DNA from: Pseudomonadota bacterium
Lineage (GTDB): Bacteria > Desulfobacterota > Desulfobacteria > Desulfobacterales > JBDRRP01
Direction: 5' to 3'
Assembly: GCA_043825735.1 (NCBI GenBank)
Contig: JBDRRP010000050.1
Coordinates: 1 to 64,000 of the forward strand
DNA length: 64,000 nucleotides
Shown: positions 1 to 8,200 of the stretch, piece by piece
How positions within the stretch are numbered: position 1 is the first letter of the stretch
How the letters are laid out: each line of letters begins with the position of its first letter
Made by a program: the position numbers and the translations under genes
The notes under the pieces: generated by a model
Told to the model about the DNA's origin: nothing
What the model saw: only the letters and a program-made list of their open reading frames with translations
Database searches by the model: none

Positions 1-112
1 TGGGCTTTATGATTTCAGGTTTATCTGGCTCCCACCATGGAATCCATTGAATTCGCCATCCAGAGTTACGAAGGCGGTCTTGCATATTTCGCAGGCGTTT
101 CTGAAATAACAT
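1..112 (-). CDS. 5' part of a probable third cassette ORF (MLFQKRLRNMQDRLRNSGWRIQWIPWWEPDKPEIIKP...), running off the window
   Basis: ATG at 112 about 40 nt downstream of the attC core GTTAGCA; open to the window edge. Confidence 0.4.
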   Translation of the reverse strand, partial: MLFQKRLRNMQDRLRNSGWRIQWIPWWEPDKPEIIKP

Positions 113-153
113 CGTAAATTTATACCGTTAGAGGTTATGGGGAATATTTCTTC

Positions 154-212
154 TGCTAACGCTTGAGCCTTGGGGCGCAGTTGTTTGCGTCCCCAACGGC
201 GATTTGTTAGGC
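154..212 (-). other. attC: integron attC site (59 bp)
   Basis: Minus strand GCCTAAC-AAATC-GCCGTTGG-GGACGCA-AACAAC-TGCGCC-CCAAGGC-TCAAGC-GTTAGCA: R''/L''/L'/R' boxes and two extrahelical bases; the upstream ORF stop lies in R''. Confidence 0.93.
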
Positions 213-560
213 GACTTGTCGTCTCCAACAGACGAATTTCGCATTACCTGTTGATCCCATGGCTTCAATTACAACTTGGTTATCAAATCCTGGTAGTTGT
301 TGTAGTCGTTCAAGTAATTGATCGCAGCCATGAGAAAATTGAGGGACAACACAACCCGATTTTCCATCTGCTGCTATCAAAAAGAAAAATACGTCTTCCT
401 GAGTTGGACCCTCATCAGTCGTTAAGATGCCGACTTCATGAAGTTCATCCCATCGAATGGTCTCCTCAGCACCATCAGGCCTTATACGCGTGACAGATAA
501 ATCATTGTAAATTACACGGTCAATTTGTTTTGGCTTTCGGAAAATATTTAAAATTTTCAT
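207..560 (-). CDS. integron cassette protein, hypothetical (117 aa, MKILNIFRKPK...)
   Basis: True start ATG 560 (the track's extension to 659 reads through intron DV/DVI); stop TAA inside GCCTAAC. Confidence 0.85.
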   Translation of the reverse strand: MKILNIFRKPKQIDRVIYNDLSVTRIRPDGAEETIRWDELHEVGILTTDEGPTQEDVFFFLIAADGKSGCVVPQFSHGCDQLLERLQQLPGFDNQVVIEAMGSTGNAKFVCWRRQVA

Positions 561-575
561 TTTAATATTTTCGCC

Positions 576-651
576 GTCGTGGTAGGAATGCCGGTTGCCC
601 GGCACCCCCCACACAGTCCCGGACGTGCGGTTTTCCCGCATCCGGTTCCTC
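576..651 (-). ncRNA. group II intron catalytic domain V and branch domain VI
   Basis: GAGGAACCGGATGCGGGAAAACCGCACGTCCGGGACTGTG (DV) followed by GGGGGGTGCCGGGCAACCGGCATTCCTACC and a terminal AC. Confidence 0.9.
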
Positions 652-675
652 GGTTGCACTCGTTTCCGCGCCGGC

Positions 676-2007
676 CTACGCCGTTACCAACTGATGCTTT
701 CGGCGCTTTTCCATCACCTTTGGCTTCGGGATTTTCACGTACTCTATGATCCGGTTGAACTGCTCCCAGTTGTAACTCTTCCGCTGACTTCTGCGATTGA
801 GCCACTTCTTCGCCAACTCGATCACTTTGCTGTAAAACGACCACACACTGTGGGAGTTTCCTCTCACATAAAAATAATTGTAGTGGCCGACCAACTTTCG
901 TTTCAAGTCCTTGAAGAACTGCCGCTTCGACAGGTGACGGGCCGCCTTCAACCAGGCCCGCATCCTTCCCAGTGCCTTTTGCTGCTTGGACGGCGCCGTG
1001 CGGCGCTTTACCCTGGGTACGCCCTTGCGGTCGTTGAACCAGCTAAACTCGAATCCTAAAAACGTGAACGTCTGTGCTTTTCTGCGACTGGGATGGAAGC
1101 GGCTGAAGCGTAGGATACGCGTCTTTTCCGGCGACAGCTCCAGGTTGTACCGACCAAGCCGTTTCGGCAACACCGAATAAAACCGGGCTGCATCGTCGCG
1201 GTACTGCAACGCACAAACCCAGTCATCTGCGTACCTGTACATCGCCGCCCGGCCTCTCAGCGCCGGTTTCACCGTCTGATGGAACCACTCATCCAGCACG
1301 ACGTGAAGGTACACGTTCGCCAGTATCGGTGACACGATGCCGCCCTGAGGCGTGCCGGTTACCGGGTGCTTTACGTAGCCTTCCGGCTCCAGTACCCCCG
1401 CCTTTAGCCACCTCCTGATCAATCCCAGAAAAGCGCGGTCGTTTATCCTGGCGCAAAGCATCTCCAGCAGCCGGTCGTGATCAATGGCATCGAAGAAGCC
1501 CTTGATATCGGCCTCCACCACATATCCGTACACACCGTACTGAAGATTAAAACCAAGATCCCCAACCGCATCCTTGGCCCCACGATCCCGCCGGTAGGCG
1601 TATGAGCAATCCAGAAATTCCGGCTCATAGATCGCCTCCAGGATCATGGACACCGCCTTCTGGACGATCTTGTCCTCCAGAGCGGGGATGCCCAAGGGGC
1701 GCTTCTTCCCGTTGTCCTTGGTGATGTAGCGGCGCCTGACCAGTTTTGCCCGGTATCTCTTTTGCCGAAGCCGCTCAGCCAAGCTGGCCAGATTCTCCTC
1801 CAGACCGGCGGCATACTCCTTTACCGTTACATCCGTGTCGGCGATGGCGGCGCTCTTGTTCAACAATCGCCAGGCCGCCTCCAACAATTCGGCATTCAGC
1901 ATACGGTACAGATCCCGGAACCGGTGCGTCTTGCTGCGCCGGGCCGTTCTCACTATTCCCCGCAGGGAGGTTGGCACACGTTGTCCCGATCCTGCTGTGT
2001 CCGGCAT
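676..2007 (-). CDS. ltrA: group II intron reverse transcriptase/maturase, no endonuclease domain (bacterial class E-like)
   Basis: RPLGIPALEDKIVQ, EADIKGFFD, GTPQGG, RYADD motifs; X domain GHYNYF...WLNRRSQR; 443 aa. Confidence 0.95.
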   Translation of the reverse strand: MPDTAGSGQRVPTSLRGIVRTARRSKTHRFRDLYRMLNAELLEAAWRLLNKSAAIADTDVTVKEYAAGLEENLASLAERLRQKRYRAKLVRRRYITKDNGKKRPLGIPALEDKIVQKAVSMILEAIYEPEFLDCSYAYRRDRGAKDAVGDLGFNLQYGVYGYVVEADIKGFFDAIDHDRLLEMLCARINDRAFLGLIRRWLKAGVLEPEGYVKHPVTGTPQGGIVSPILANVYLHVVLDEWFHQTVKPALRGRAAMYRYADDWVCALQYRDDAARFYSVLPKRLGRYNLELSPEKTRILRFSRFHPSRRKAQTFTFLGFEFSWFNDRKGVPRVKRRTAPSKQQKALGRMRAWLKAARHLSKRQFFKDLKRKLVGHYNYFYVRGNSHSVWSFYSKVIELAKKWLNRRSQRKSYNWEQFNRIIEYVKIPKPKVMEKRRKHQLVTA

Positions 2008-2578
2008 GTGTTTCCTTTGCGGGCTGCGTACTCCCGTCAGGTCCTTCCCCGTGTACGCGGCTTTCCCGCGCTCAGAGTACTATGCCTGATACGACTCCCA
2101 CCGGGCCAGGGTCCCTCCACTTCAGCTTTGGTTCCCCTTCCTTGCTTCTCCGGCTTTAGGCTCCCGTATAGTCCTGTGTCCGGGTTTCCCCTTCGTGCCT
2201 CATTATCGTCATGCCATTGCCAGAGTCCGGAGCCCGATGGGTCTCCCAAGTTCTTGTGTGCTTCTTTTCATACATGCCACGGCTTGATAACTCCGCCGGC
2301 CCTTCACATCCTCGCCTGTATCGGATGCTCTTGTTTTGCCTTCGGCGCACGTTACAACCCTCGGCGACCGGAACATGCTCTTTTCGGAGCGATACCAGCA
2401 CTTCAGGGAGCGCGGACTCCCCTACGGCCTGCATGATTCTCTGTGTACGCTTCGTGTGGGTCGTTCGACGATTTGTCTATCCTTCCCAATCACGCAACAC
2501 TCGATACGGGTGGGTGGCTGACCCTTACCCGACAGGGACTCGCACCCTGTAAGAAGCACCAAGCTTCGCTTGGCGCGC

Positions 2579-2633
2579 TAACGGTTGAGCTCATAGGATT
2601 GCGTAGCAATTCCTATGAAGCGATTTGTTAGCA
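2579..2633 (-). other. attC: integron attC site split by the intron (last 3 nt, GGC, at 573-575)
   Basis: TGCTAAC-AAATC-GCTTCATA-GGAATTGC-TAC-GCAATCC-TATGAGC-TCAACC-GTTA then intron. Confidence 0.92.
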
Positions 2634-3038
2634 GCGACCTTCAAAGAATATAGATCGGCTTAAAGCTATGAACAACCATATTAATAATATTGACGGTATG
2701 GTCATCGCGATGAGATCAATGAATCCTTCCGAAAAAGTACTCAACATTCTATCAAATGGCAATACTACCCAAAGAACAAATGAAATACTATACGATAGAA
2801 AAAGTGGATATATGAATATTTTAGATTTGGTTCGGAATGAAAGAAATCCAAACATTATTGTAAATACTGGAATTATCAAAAATGCGTTATGTAAGTTTGA
2901 GATAATATTTTCACCATTCAATGCTGTAATTGTATTTGAGACAGCCCATTGAAGTAATGATGAGAATATTGATAAAATTAGCAACGAACTACAAACTACT
3001 CTTCGCACATTTGCAGGCTGTTGTATTATGTATTTCAT
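2628..3038 (-). CDS. first integron cassette: AT-rich membrane protein, about 4 TM helices, hypothetical
   Basis: 136 aa and hydrophobic; bounded by G/TTAGCA (3051-3045) and the complementary TGCTAAC. Confidence 0.85.
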   Translation of the reverse strand: MKYIIQQPANVRRVVCSSLLILSIFSSLLQWAVSNTITALNGENIISNLHNAFLIIPVFTIMFGFLSFRTKSKIFIYPLFLSYSISFVLWVVLPFDRMLSTFSEGFIDLIAMTIPSILLIWLFIALSRSIFFEGRC

Positions 3039-3044
3039 TTATCC

Positions 3045-3075
3045 TGCTAACTTTATAATGATTCGCTATCGTGTT
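3045..3075 (-). other. attI: putative integron attI site
   Basis: ...GCGAATCATTATAAAGTTAGCA: core matches the cassette's R''; AAAGTTAG as in attI1; no attC hairpin upstream. Confidence 0.6.
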
Positions 3076-3321
3076 TTTGCGGAAAAATGATTTTGGACCT
3101 GTCATCCGTAAAATATTGCTAATTTTCCGCCGGCCTGCCTTTATTCGTATAAGCTAACATATCAGCGTGTTATGGGTAAACTACAATATGTGTATTCAAA
3201 AACTTAGCAAGATTTGCCGGGAATTATCCGTTTTATCCTTGCTGCAAGCTAATCGGCAAAAATTGTTATCGGCCATCGTCAGGGGGGTGCCGTCATCACG
3301 GTACTGCATCCATGACAAGCG

Positions 3322-3576
3322 GTGCAAGGTGTTTTTGATGGCGCGTGCTTTAAAGCTGACATTCCAGTGCCTCCTATGCTAAGGACAAGCGCCTCGCCTC
3401 GTTTGCCGGTCACCTCGGCCTATGCAGACCCGGGCGACGATGCCGTCATCGCTTGCGCGGTCTCTGCGGACGCCGACTTCATCATCACCGGCGACCCCCA
3501 TCTGCTAAAGTTCAAGACCCACTATCGCATCGAAATCGTCTCTCCGGCCGAGTATCTCGAAAGATTTTACACCTGA
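3322..3576 (+). pseudogene. toxin-antitoxin remnant: AF2212/DUF104-like antitoxin N-terminus joined to the C-terminal half of a PIN toxin
   Basis: QGVFDGACFKADIPVP followed by DPGDDAVIACAVSADADFIITGDPHLL...IVSPAEYL; the PIN N-terminal motif is absent. Confidence 0.6.
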
Positions 3577-3617
3577 TGCCGGTTGTTTACCTTTGCCCCT
3601 TGGTCTCGATATTTTCG

Positions 3618-3806
3618 GCCGAACACCAATCTCGCGCTGAGACGCAAAGACGCAGAGGGAAAAAAATGAACTTCTGATCGATAAAAAGAAAAATCCCTAA
3701 CTTCGGGTGTTTGCCCTGTAGGCAACTGTTTTGGCTATAGTCTGCAATCGTCGCCTGAACTGAAAAGATCTATCTGGTTTTCTCAGCGCCTCGGCGCGAA
3801 AATCGG
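3618..3806. repeat. MITE-like element family A, copy 1
   Basis: Aligns end to end with 5668-5863; imperfect terminal inverted repeats. Confidence 0.75.
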
Positions 3807-3819
3807 TTTTAAGCCGCCG

Positions 3820-4000
3820 GGGCTGCGGCCGCAGGCCGCACACCCGATCGGTGTTAATCTGTGGAAATCTGCGTAATCTGAGGATAAAACCGCTTTTTCT
3901 TTTTCGCTCTTGCTTTCCGGCCGCAGGCCGCCTCCTTTATCCGCGTTTATCTGCGTTCATCAGCGTCCCATTCGCTTTTTGCCGTTGTGGCCGTCGGCGG
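3820..4000. repeat. cluster of GGCC-GCA-GGCC hairpins and ATCTGCG/ATCTGTG periodic repeats
   Basis: gcggccgcaggccgc, aatctgtggaaatctgcgtaatctg, atccgcgtttatctgcgttcatcagcg. Confidence 0.7.
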
Positions 4001-4002
4001 TT

Positions 4003-4257
4003 CTAACTGCCCTTGGTCGGAGAATCCTGAACCGGGATGACCTCAAAATCGACAAGATCCTTCCAACGCTCAGCCCAGACATCGAACAAACGCACGTTTT
4101 CGGCTTCCATCAGCTGAAAGCAGCGTCCGCCGTCGTCCGAGACCCACGAGTCGATATAGACAAGCCCGTCGGGCAGCATGCGGCCCTTGACTGAGTAGCG
4201 TTTATAGACCGCGGCCATCGCGCCGGGCTTGAACGTCTCAATGACCATGTATTTCAA
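4003..4257 (-). CDS. DUF3303 family protein
   Basis: MKYMVIETF...GRMLPDGLVYIDSWV...RCFQLME...WKDLVDFEVIPV. Confidence 0.8.
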   Translation of the reverse strand: MKYMVIETFKPGAMAAVYKRYSVKGRMLPDGLVYIDSWVSDDGGRCFQLMEAENVRLFDVWAERWKDLVDFEVIPVQDSPTKGS

Positions 4258-4269
4258 CGGTCTACCTTT

Positions 4270-4315
4270 TCCGGTTTTCTCAGCGTCTCAGCGTCTCTGC
4301 GCGAAAATCGGTTTT
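4270..4315. repeat. isolated right end of family A element
   Basis: ccggttttctcagcgtctcagcgtctctgcgcgaaaatcgg matches the right ends of both full copies. Confidence 0.7.
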
Positions 4316-4378
4316 AGAAGTTGAAGTTCCGGCCGAAGGCCGGTTGCAGCGTACAGTCAACGGTGCACTGTAAAAGCG

Positions 4379-5527
4379 TTAGTCGAAGCGGATTTCGCCG
4401 GTGGCGAGACTGTGAAGGGGCACGGCGTCCACTTGGTCGGCCAACGGGAATCGCTTGCCTCCGGGGTAGAGGACGATCACGCGTTCCAATTTCAAGTCTT
4501 CAAGGGCGATCCGGATCGATGGGGTGATCCGCGGAGTGTCGGTTCGTTTGCACTCGACCCCGATCAGGGAGCTCCCGCGACGTAAAATGAGATCAATTTC
4601 GGCGCCCTGATGCGTCGCCCAGAAAAAAACCTCATCACAGGGTGCGACTTTTAATAATTCCTCGATCACAAATCCTTCCCAGGATGCACCAACTTTGGGA
4701 TGCATGAGCAGGGTCTTTATCGAATCGATGCCGAGCAGTTGATGCAGGAGGCCGGTGTCGCGCACATAGACCTTGGGTGACTTCACCTGGCGTTTCCTCA
4801 GATTAGCGTGAAAAGGTTGCAACTGACGGATCATCAACGCGTCTGTTAACAGGTCCAAATGGCGTCGCGTGGTTGACTCATTGACACCGAGGGCTCTGGC
4901 GGGCTCAGCGGCATTCCAGATTTGCCCGTGGTAGTGCGCCACCATGGTCCAGAATCGCTGTAAAGCAATGGCAGGCACACGTACGCCCCATTGGGGAAGG
5001 TCTCGCTCCAAAAGGGTCTGGATGAAATTTTTCCGCCAGGCCATGCTGTCACCAGGGCTGCCGGCCAGATAAGCCAGAGGAAACCCGCCTCGCGACCACA
5101 AAGCCTGTTCTGACGCAGCACCAACTTCTGCCAGCGAGAAACCGCCGATGACAACCCGTTCCATTCTACCGGCAAGCGTTTCCGATGTTTGACGCAAAAG
5201 CTCACCCGAGGCGCTGCCTAAAATCAGGAAATGCGCCGGTGAATCCCTGCGGTCCACAAGTACCCGAAGCACCGGAAAAAGCTCAGGGCGGCGCTGAACC
5301 TCGTCAATCACCACTAGTCCCTTCAGCGAACTCAGCGCGGCCATGGGTTCATCCAGCCGGCTTAAGCTGGCTGGGTCCTCCAGGTCAAAATAGTTAACAG
5401 AGCCTTCGTCAAGCAACTGACGCGCAAGTGTGGTCTTGCCGCTTTGCCGGGGACCCACCAAAACAACCACACGACTCCGGTCTATCGCGATCTTTAGATC
5501 AGCCAGGATTTGCGGGCGCGGAATCAT
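4379..5527 (-). CDS. AAA+ ATPase, AAA_14 plus DUF4143 (COG1373-type)
   Basis: Walker A GPRQSGKT, Walker B VVIDEVQ, LILGSAS; C-terminal EIDLI...VECK. Confidence 0.9.
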   Translation of the reverse strand: MIPRPQILADLKIAIDRSRVVVLVGPRQSGKTTLARQLLDEGSVNYFDLEDPASLSRLDEPMAALSSLKGLVVIDEVQRRPELFPVLRVLVDRRDSPAHFLILGSASGELLRQTSETLAGRMERVVIGGFSLAEVGAASEQALWSRGGFPLAYLAGSPGDSMAWRKNFIQTLLERDLPQWGVRVPAIALQRFWTMVAHYHGQIWNAAEPARALGVNESTTRRHLDLLTDALMIRQLQPFHANLRKRQVKSPKVYVRDTGLLHQLLGIDSIKTLLMHPKVGASWEGFVIEELLKVAPCDEVFFWATHQGAEIDLILRRGSSLIGVECKRTDTPRITPSIRIALEDLKLERVIVLYPGGKRFPLADQVDAVPLHSLATGEIRFD

Positions 5528-5592
5528 AGTTCATGTTTACCATGAAAATCGGGTATGTAAAGAAGGAATTTCATGGTCATCAACCGCTTCAG

Positions 5593-5634
5593 TCGCGCCG
5601 GGCTTGAGCGTCTCAATGACCATGTATTTCAACG
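5593..5634 (-). pseudogene. duplicated 5' fragment of the DUF3303 gene
   Basis: 41/42 identical to 4218-4259. Confidence 0.75.
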
Positions 5635-5667
5635 ATGCACCTTGCCTGGCTTTAGGTATTATAAACA

Positions 5668-5863
5668 GCCGAACACCAATATCGCGCAGAGATGCCAAGA
5701 CGCAGAGAAAAAAAATGAAGTTCGGACCGGTACAAGGAAAAACAATTCATTGCGGGCGCTTGCCCTGTAAGCAGCTCTGTTGGCTTGCGTCTGTAACCGT
5801 CGCGTGAACTGAAAAGATCTATCCGGTTTTCTCAGCGTCTTGGCGTCTCTGCGCTATAACCGG
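5668..5863. repeat. MITE-like element family A, copy 2
   Basis: cgcgcagagatgccaagacgcagagaaaa ... ttttctcagcgtcttggcgtctctgcgc terminal inverted repeat. Confidence 0.75.
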
Positions 5864-6029
5864 TAGGGTTACGGCCGCAGGCCGTCCATCTGCGTAGCTG
5901 TTTAAGCCGTGTAGGCGCAATCCGCGCAATCTGCGGTTCATTCTGCAGTTGGTCTTGCGGCGCAGCCGCCCATCTTTATCCGCGTTAATACTCGTCCCAA
6001 TCAGGTTGCCTTTTTATCTGTGAACAAAG

Positions 6030-6245
6030 GTCGTTCTTTTCTTTGCTTGCCCAAAGAAAAGAACCAAAAGAAAGGGCACCCGGCACCTTGTCCGCCTTCG
6101 GCGGATTCCCTCGGCGTGCGTGCGATCGCGGCGGGGATTGCGAACTCGTCCGCTGTGCGGACTCAGACAGGCAACCCCCTTTGGTCCGCGATCCCACACC
6201 CCCCTCGGCTGCGCTGCGATGGGGTGAAACCCCAAAACCCCAACA
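6030..6245. repeat. structured intergenic repeat (TTCTTTGCTTGCCCAAAGAAA family)
   Basis: Hairpin gttcttttctttg-cttgcc-caaagaaaagaac then caaaagaaagggcaccc and further GC-rich hairpins; only shadow ORFs overlap it. Confidence 0.65.
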
Positions 6246-6369
6246 CCATCTGCACATGGCGGCCGAAGTCCGCTAATGTCCCGTTGATCCTGTAAATCCT
6301 GTCAAATATCGTTGCAGTTGCTTTTCCAGCCGCAGGCTGCCGGTTTGCGCCATGCCTGGTGGATAGGCC

Positions 6370-6735
6370 TCACACCCACACATCGCTTTCAGCGGTCATC
6401 TCTCCCCCCGCATCACCGGTGTTGACCACACCCCTACCTTCGATGACCATGATGTGGCACTCTTTGAGCGCCACGGGTCTATGCACGGCGCCTCTGGGCA
6501 CCACGAACATTTCACCGGTTTTCATGTCCACCCGGCCGTCTTCAAATTCGATGGCCATCTCGCCCGCAATGACGATGAACACCTCGTCGGTGTCCGCATG
6601 CCGGTGCCAAACGAATTCGCCCCGGATCTTGACGAGCTTGAACTGGGTGTCGTTCATCTCGGCCACCACCCGCGGCTGCCACTGGTCGGAGAACTTGGCA
6701 AGTTTTTCAATGAAGTTGATGGGCGCATATGCCAT
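6370..6735 (-). CDS. cupin domain protein
   Basis: [11 protein letters not shown] and [14 protein letters not shown] cupin motifs. Confidence 0.88.
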   Translation of the reverse strand: MAYAPINFIEKLAKFSDQWQPRVVAEMNDTQFKLVKIRGEFVWHRHADTDEVFIVIAGEMAIEFEDGRVDMKTGEMFVVPRGAVHRPVALKECHIMVIEGRGVVNTGDAGGEMTAESDVWV

Positions 6736-6816
6736 TTACCACTCCTTCGATGCTTAACATCCGTAAATTTGAATTTTCCTGTATGGAAAGACGGAGTTAA
6801 TCCGGACGCATCATGG

Positions 6817-8031
6817 CTATTTCAGCAGGCCGGCGATATACCCCGTCGTCCAGGCGGCCTGGAAATTATAGCCGCCGGTAATCCCGTCGATGTCCAATAG
6901 TTCACCGGCAAAATAGAGATTTTTGCACACCCGGCTTTGCATCGTTTTGATGTCGACGCTCTCCAGACTGACGCCGCCGCAGGTCACGAACTCATCCCGG
7001 AATGCTGCCTTTCCTTTAACCGAATAGACATCGTTGGTCAGCACGCTGACCAACTTGTTCACTCCTTTATTGCCTATCTCTCCCCAGGGTTTCGTCGTCG
7101 GCAAGCCGCATCTCTCAAGCAGATGCAGCCATAATCGCTGCGGCAGTGAAAACGGCCTGAAGTTTGAGAGCATCTTGTTGGCATGCGCACCGGCAATGCT
7201 TCTTATCTCATACACGACAAAGTCATTGTCAGGCACATTCACCCAGTTGACCTGAACCTTGAATGCATATCCCATGTCACTGAGAATTCTGGCTCCAAGA
7301 GACGATAATTTCAGGATCGCCGGCCCGCTCATGCCCCAGTGCGTCACCAGCAGCGGGCCTTCGGATCTGAGCTTTGTTCCCTGGATGCTCACCAGCGTTT
7401 TTTCCACCACGATGCCCATCAGTTTGGTGACCGGCTCGGAGGGCATGTTGAAGGTGAACAGTGACGGTACCGGCGCTTCGATCTTGTGGCCCAATGCCTC
7501 AAGCCACGCCAATCCTTTCCTTGTGGGACAACCGCCGGTGGCGACAATGACCTTGTCAAATATTCGTGATCGGTCGGCGCCATCGGTGAAGGTCAGTGCC
7601 AGTTTGTCATCGATCGGCCGGATGGCCTCGATGCCGGTGCCCATTTCAATTTTGACGCCCAGCCGCGCGGCTTCCTTTAAAAAGCAATCGATGATGCTCT
7701 GCGAATTCTGGGACGCCGGAAATACGCAATTGTCATCCTGAATCACCAGCGGGACGCCCCTGGCGGCGAACCAGCGCATGGCATCTTTGTTGTTGAAGAT
7801 GCCAAAGGCCTTTTTCAGAGCCCTCCCGCCCCTGGGATACGCTTCTGCCAGCGCTTTGATGGACGGGCAGCCGTTGGTGACATTGCACCGGCCGCCGCCT
7901 GAGATTTTGACCTTGGCCAGCAGGTGTTTTGATTTTTCAAAAATAACGACGGTGGCGTGAGGATGGTTTTCCTTCGCCGTAATTGCCGAGAAAAATCCGG
8001 CCGCCCCCCCGCCGATGACTGCAATTTCCAT
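6817..8031 (-). CDS. HI0933/BaiN family flavoprotein
   Basis: GGGAAG, KVKISGGGRCNVTN, THWGMSGP, GGYNFQAAW. Confidence 0.92.
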   Translation of the reverse strand: MEIAVIGGGAAGFFSAITAKENHPHATVVIFEKSKHLLAKVKISGGGRCNVTNGCPSIKALAEAYPRGGRALKKAFGIFNNKDAMRWFAARGVPLVIQDDNCVFPASQNSQSIIDCFLKEAARLGVKIEMGTGIEAIRPIDDKLALTFTDGADRSRIFDKVIVATGGCPTRKGLAWLEALGHKIEAPVPSLFTFNMPSEPVTKLMGIVVEKTLVSIQGTKLRSEGPLLVTHWGMSGPAILKLSSLGARILSDMGYAFKVQVNWVNVPDNDFVVYEIRSIAGAHANKMLSNFRPFSLPQRLWLHLLERCGLPTTKPWGEIGNKGVNKLVSVLTNDVYSVKGKAAFRDEFVTCGGVSLESVDIKTMQSRVCKNLYFAGELLDIDGITGGYNFQAAWTTGYIAGLLK

Positions 8032-8200
8032 TCGACCGCCTCAATTTTGATAAAACCGTACCGTTCTCATGATATCGCATAAGTTACTGGCTTATTGCCA
8101 CCGTGAAGTAGGGCATCTTTTCAATCCCCCTTTACCTATGCTATGCAGGATGCTTCCGAATCGAAGACACACACCAGCATAAATTACAGGGAGGAACGCC

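Larger units (their letters stand above)
576..2578 (-). mobile_element. group II intron, full length (2003 nt), inserted in the attC core site GTTA/GGC
   Basis: 5' end GCGCGCCAAGCGAAGCTTGG at 2578; DV and DVI at about 576-651 ending ...CCTACCACGAC; internal RT ORF; removing it restores GTTAGGC. Confidence 0.93.

Noticed and set aside
7..228. 73-aa ORF in the track
   Set aside because: It reads through the attC and overlaps the cassette gene end; most likely an artefact
561..659. N-terminal extension of ORF 207-659
   Set aside because: It is mostly a translation of intron DV/DVI; the real start is ATG 560
676..2007. RT as a retron, DGR or defence RT
   Set aside because: Maturase X domain plus clear intron 5' end, DV and DVI identify a group II intron; no TR/VR pair or msr-msd seen
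3144..3181. dif-like site (ttcgtataa...ttatgggtaaa)
   Set aside because: The arms are 17 nt apart rather than 6
3075..8031. Integron integrase or further attC sites
   Set aside because: No R-H-R-Y tyrosine recombinase ORF, and the repeats here lack attC R/L box geometry
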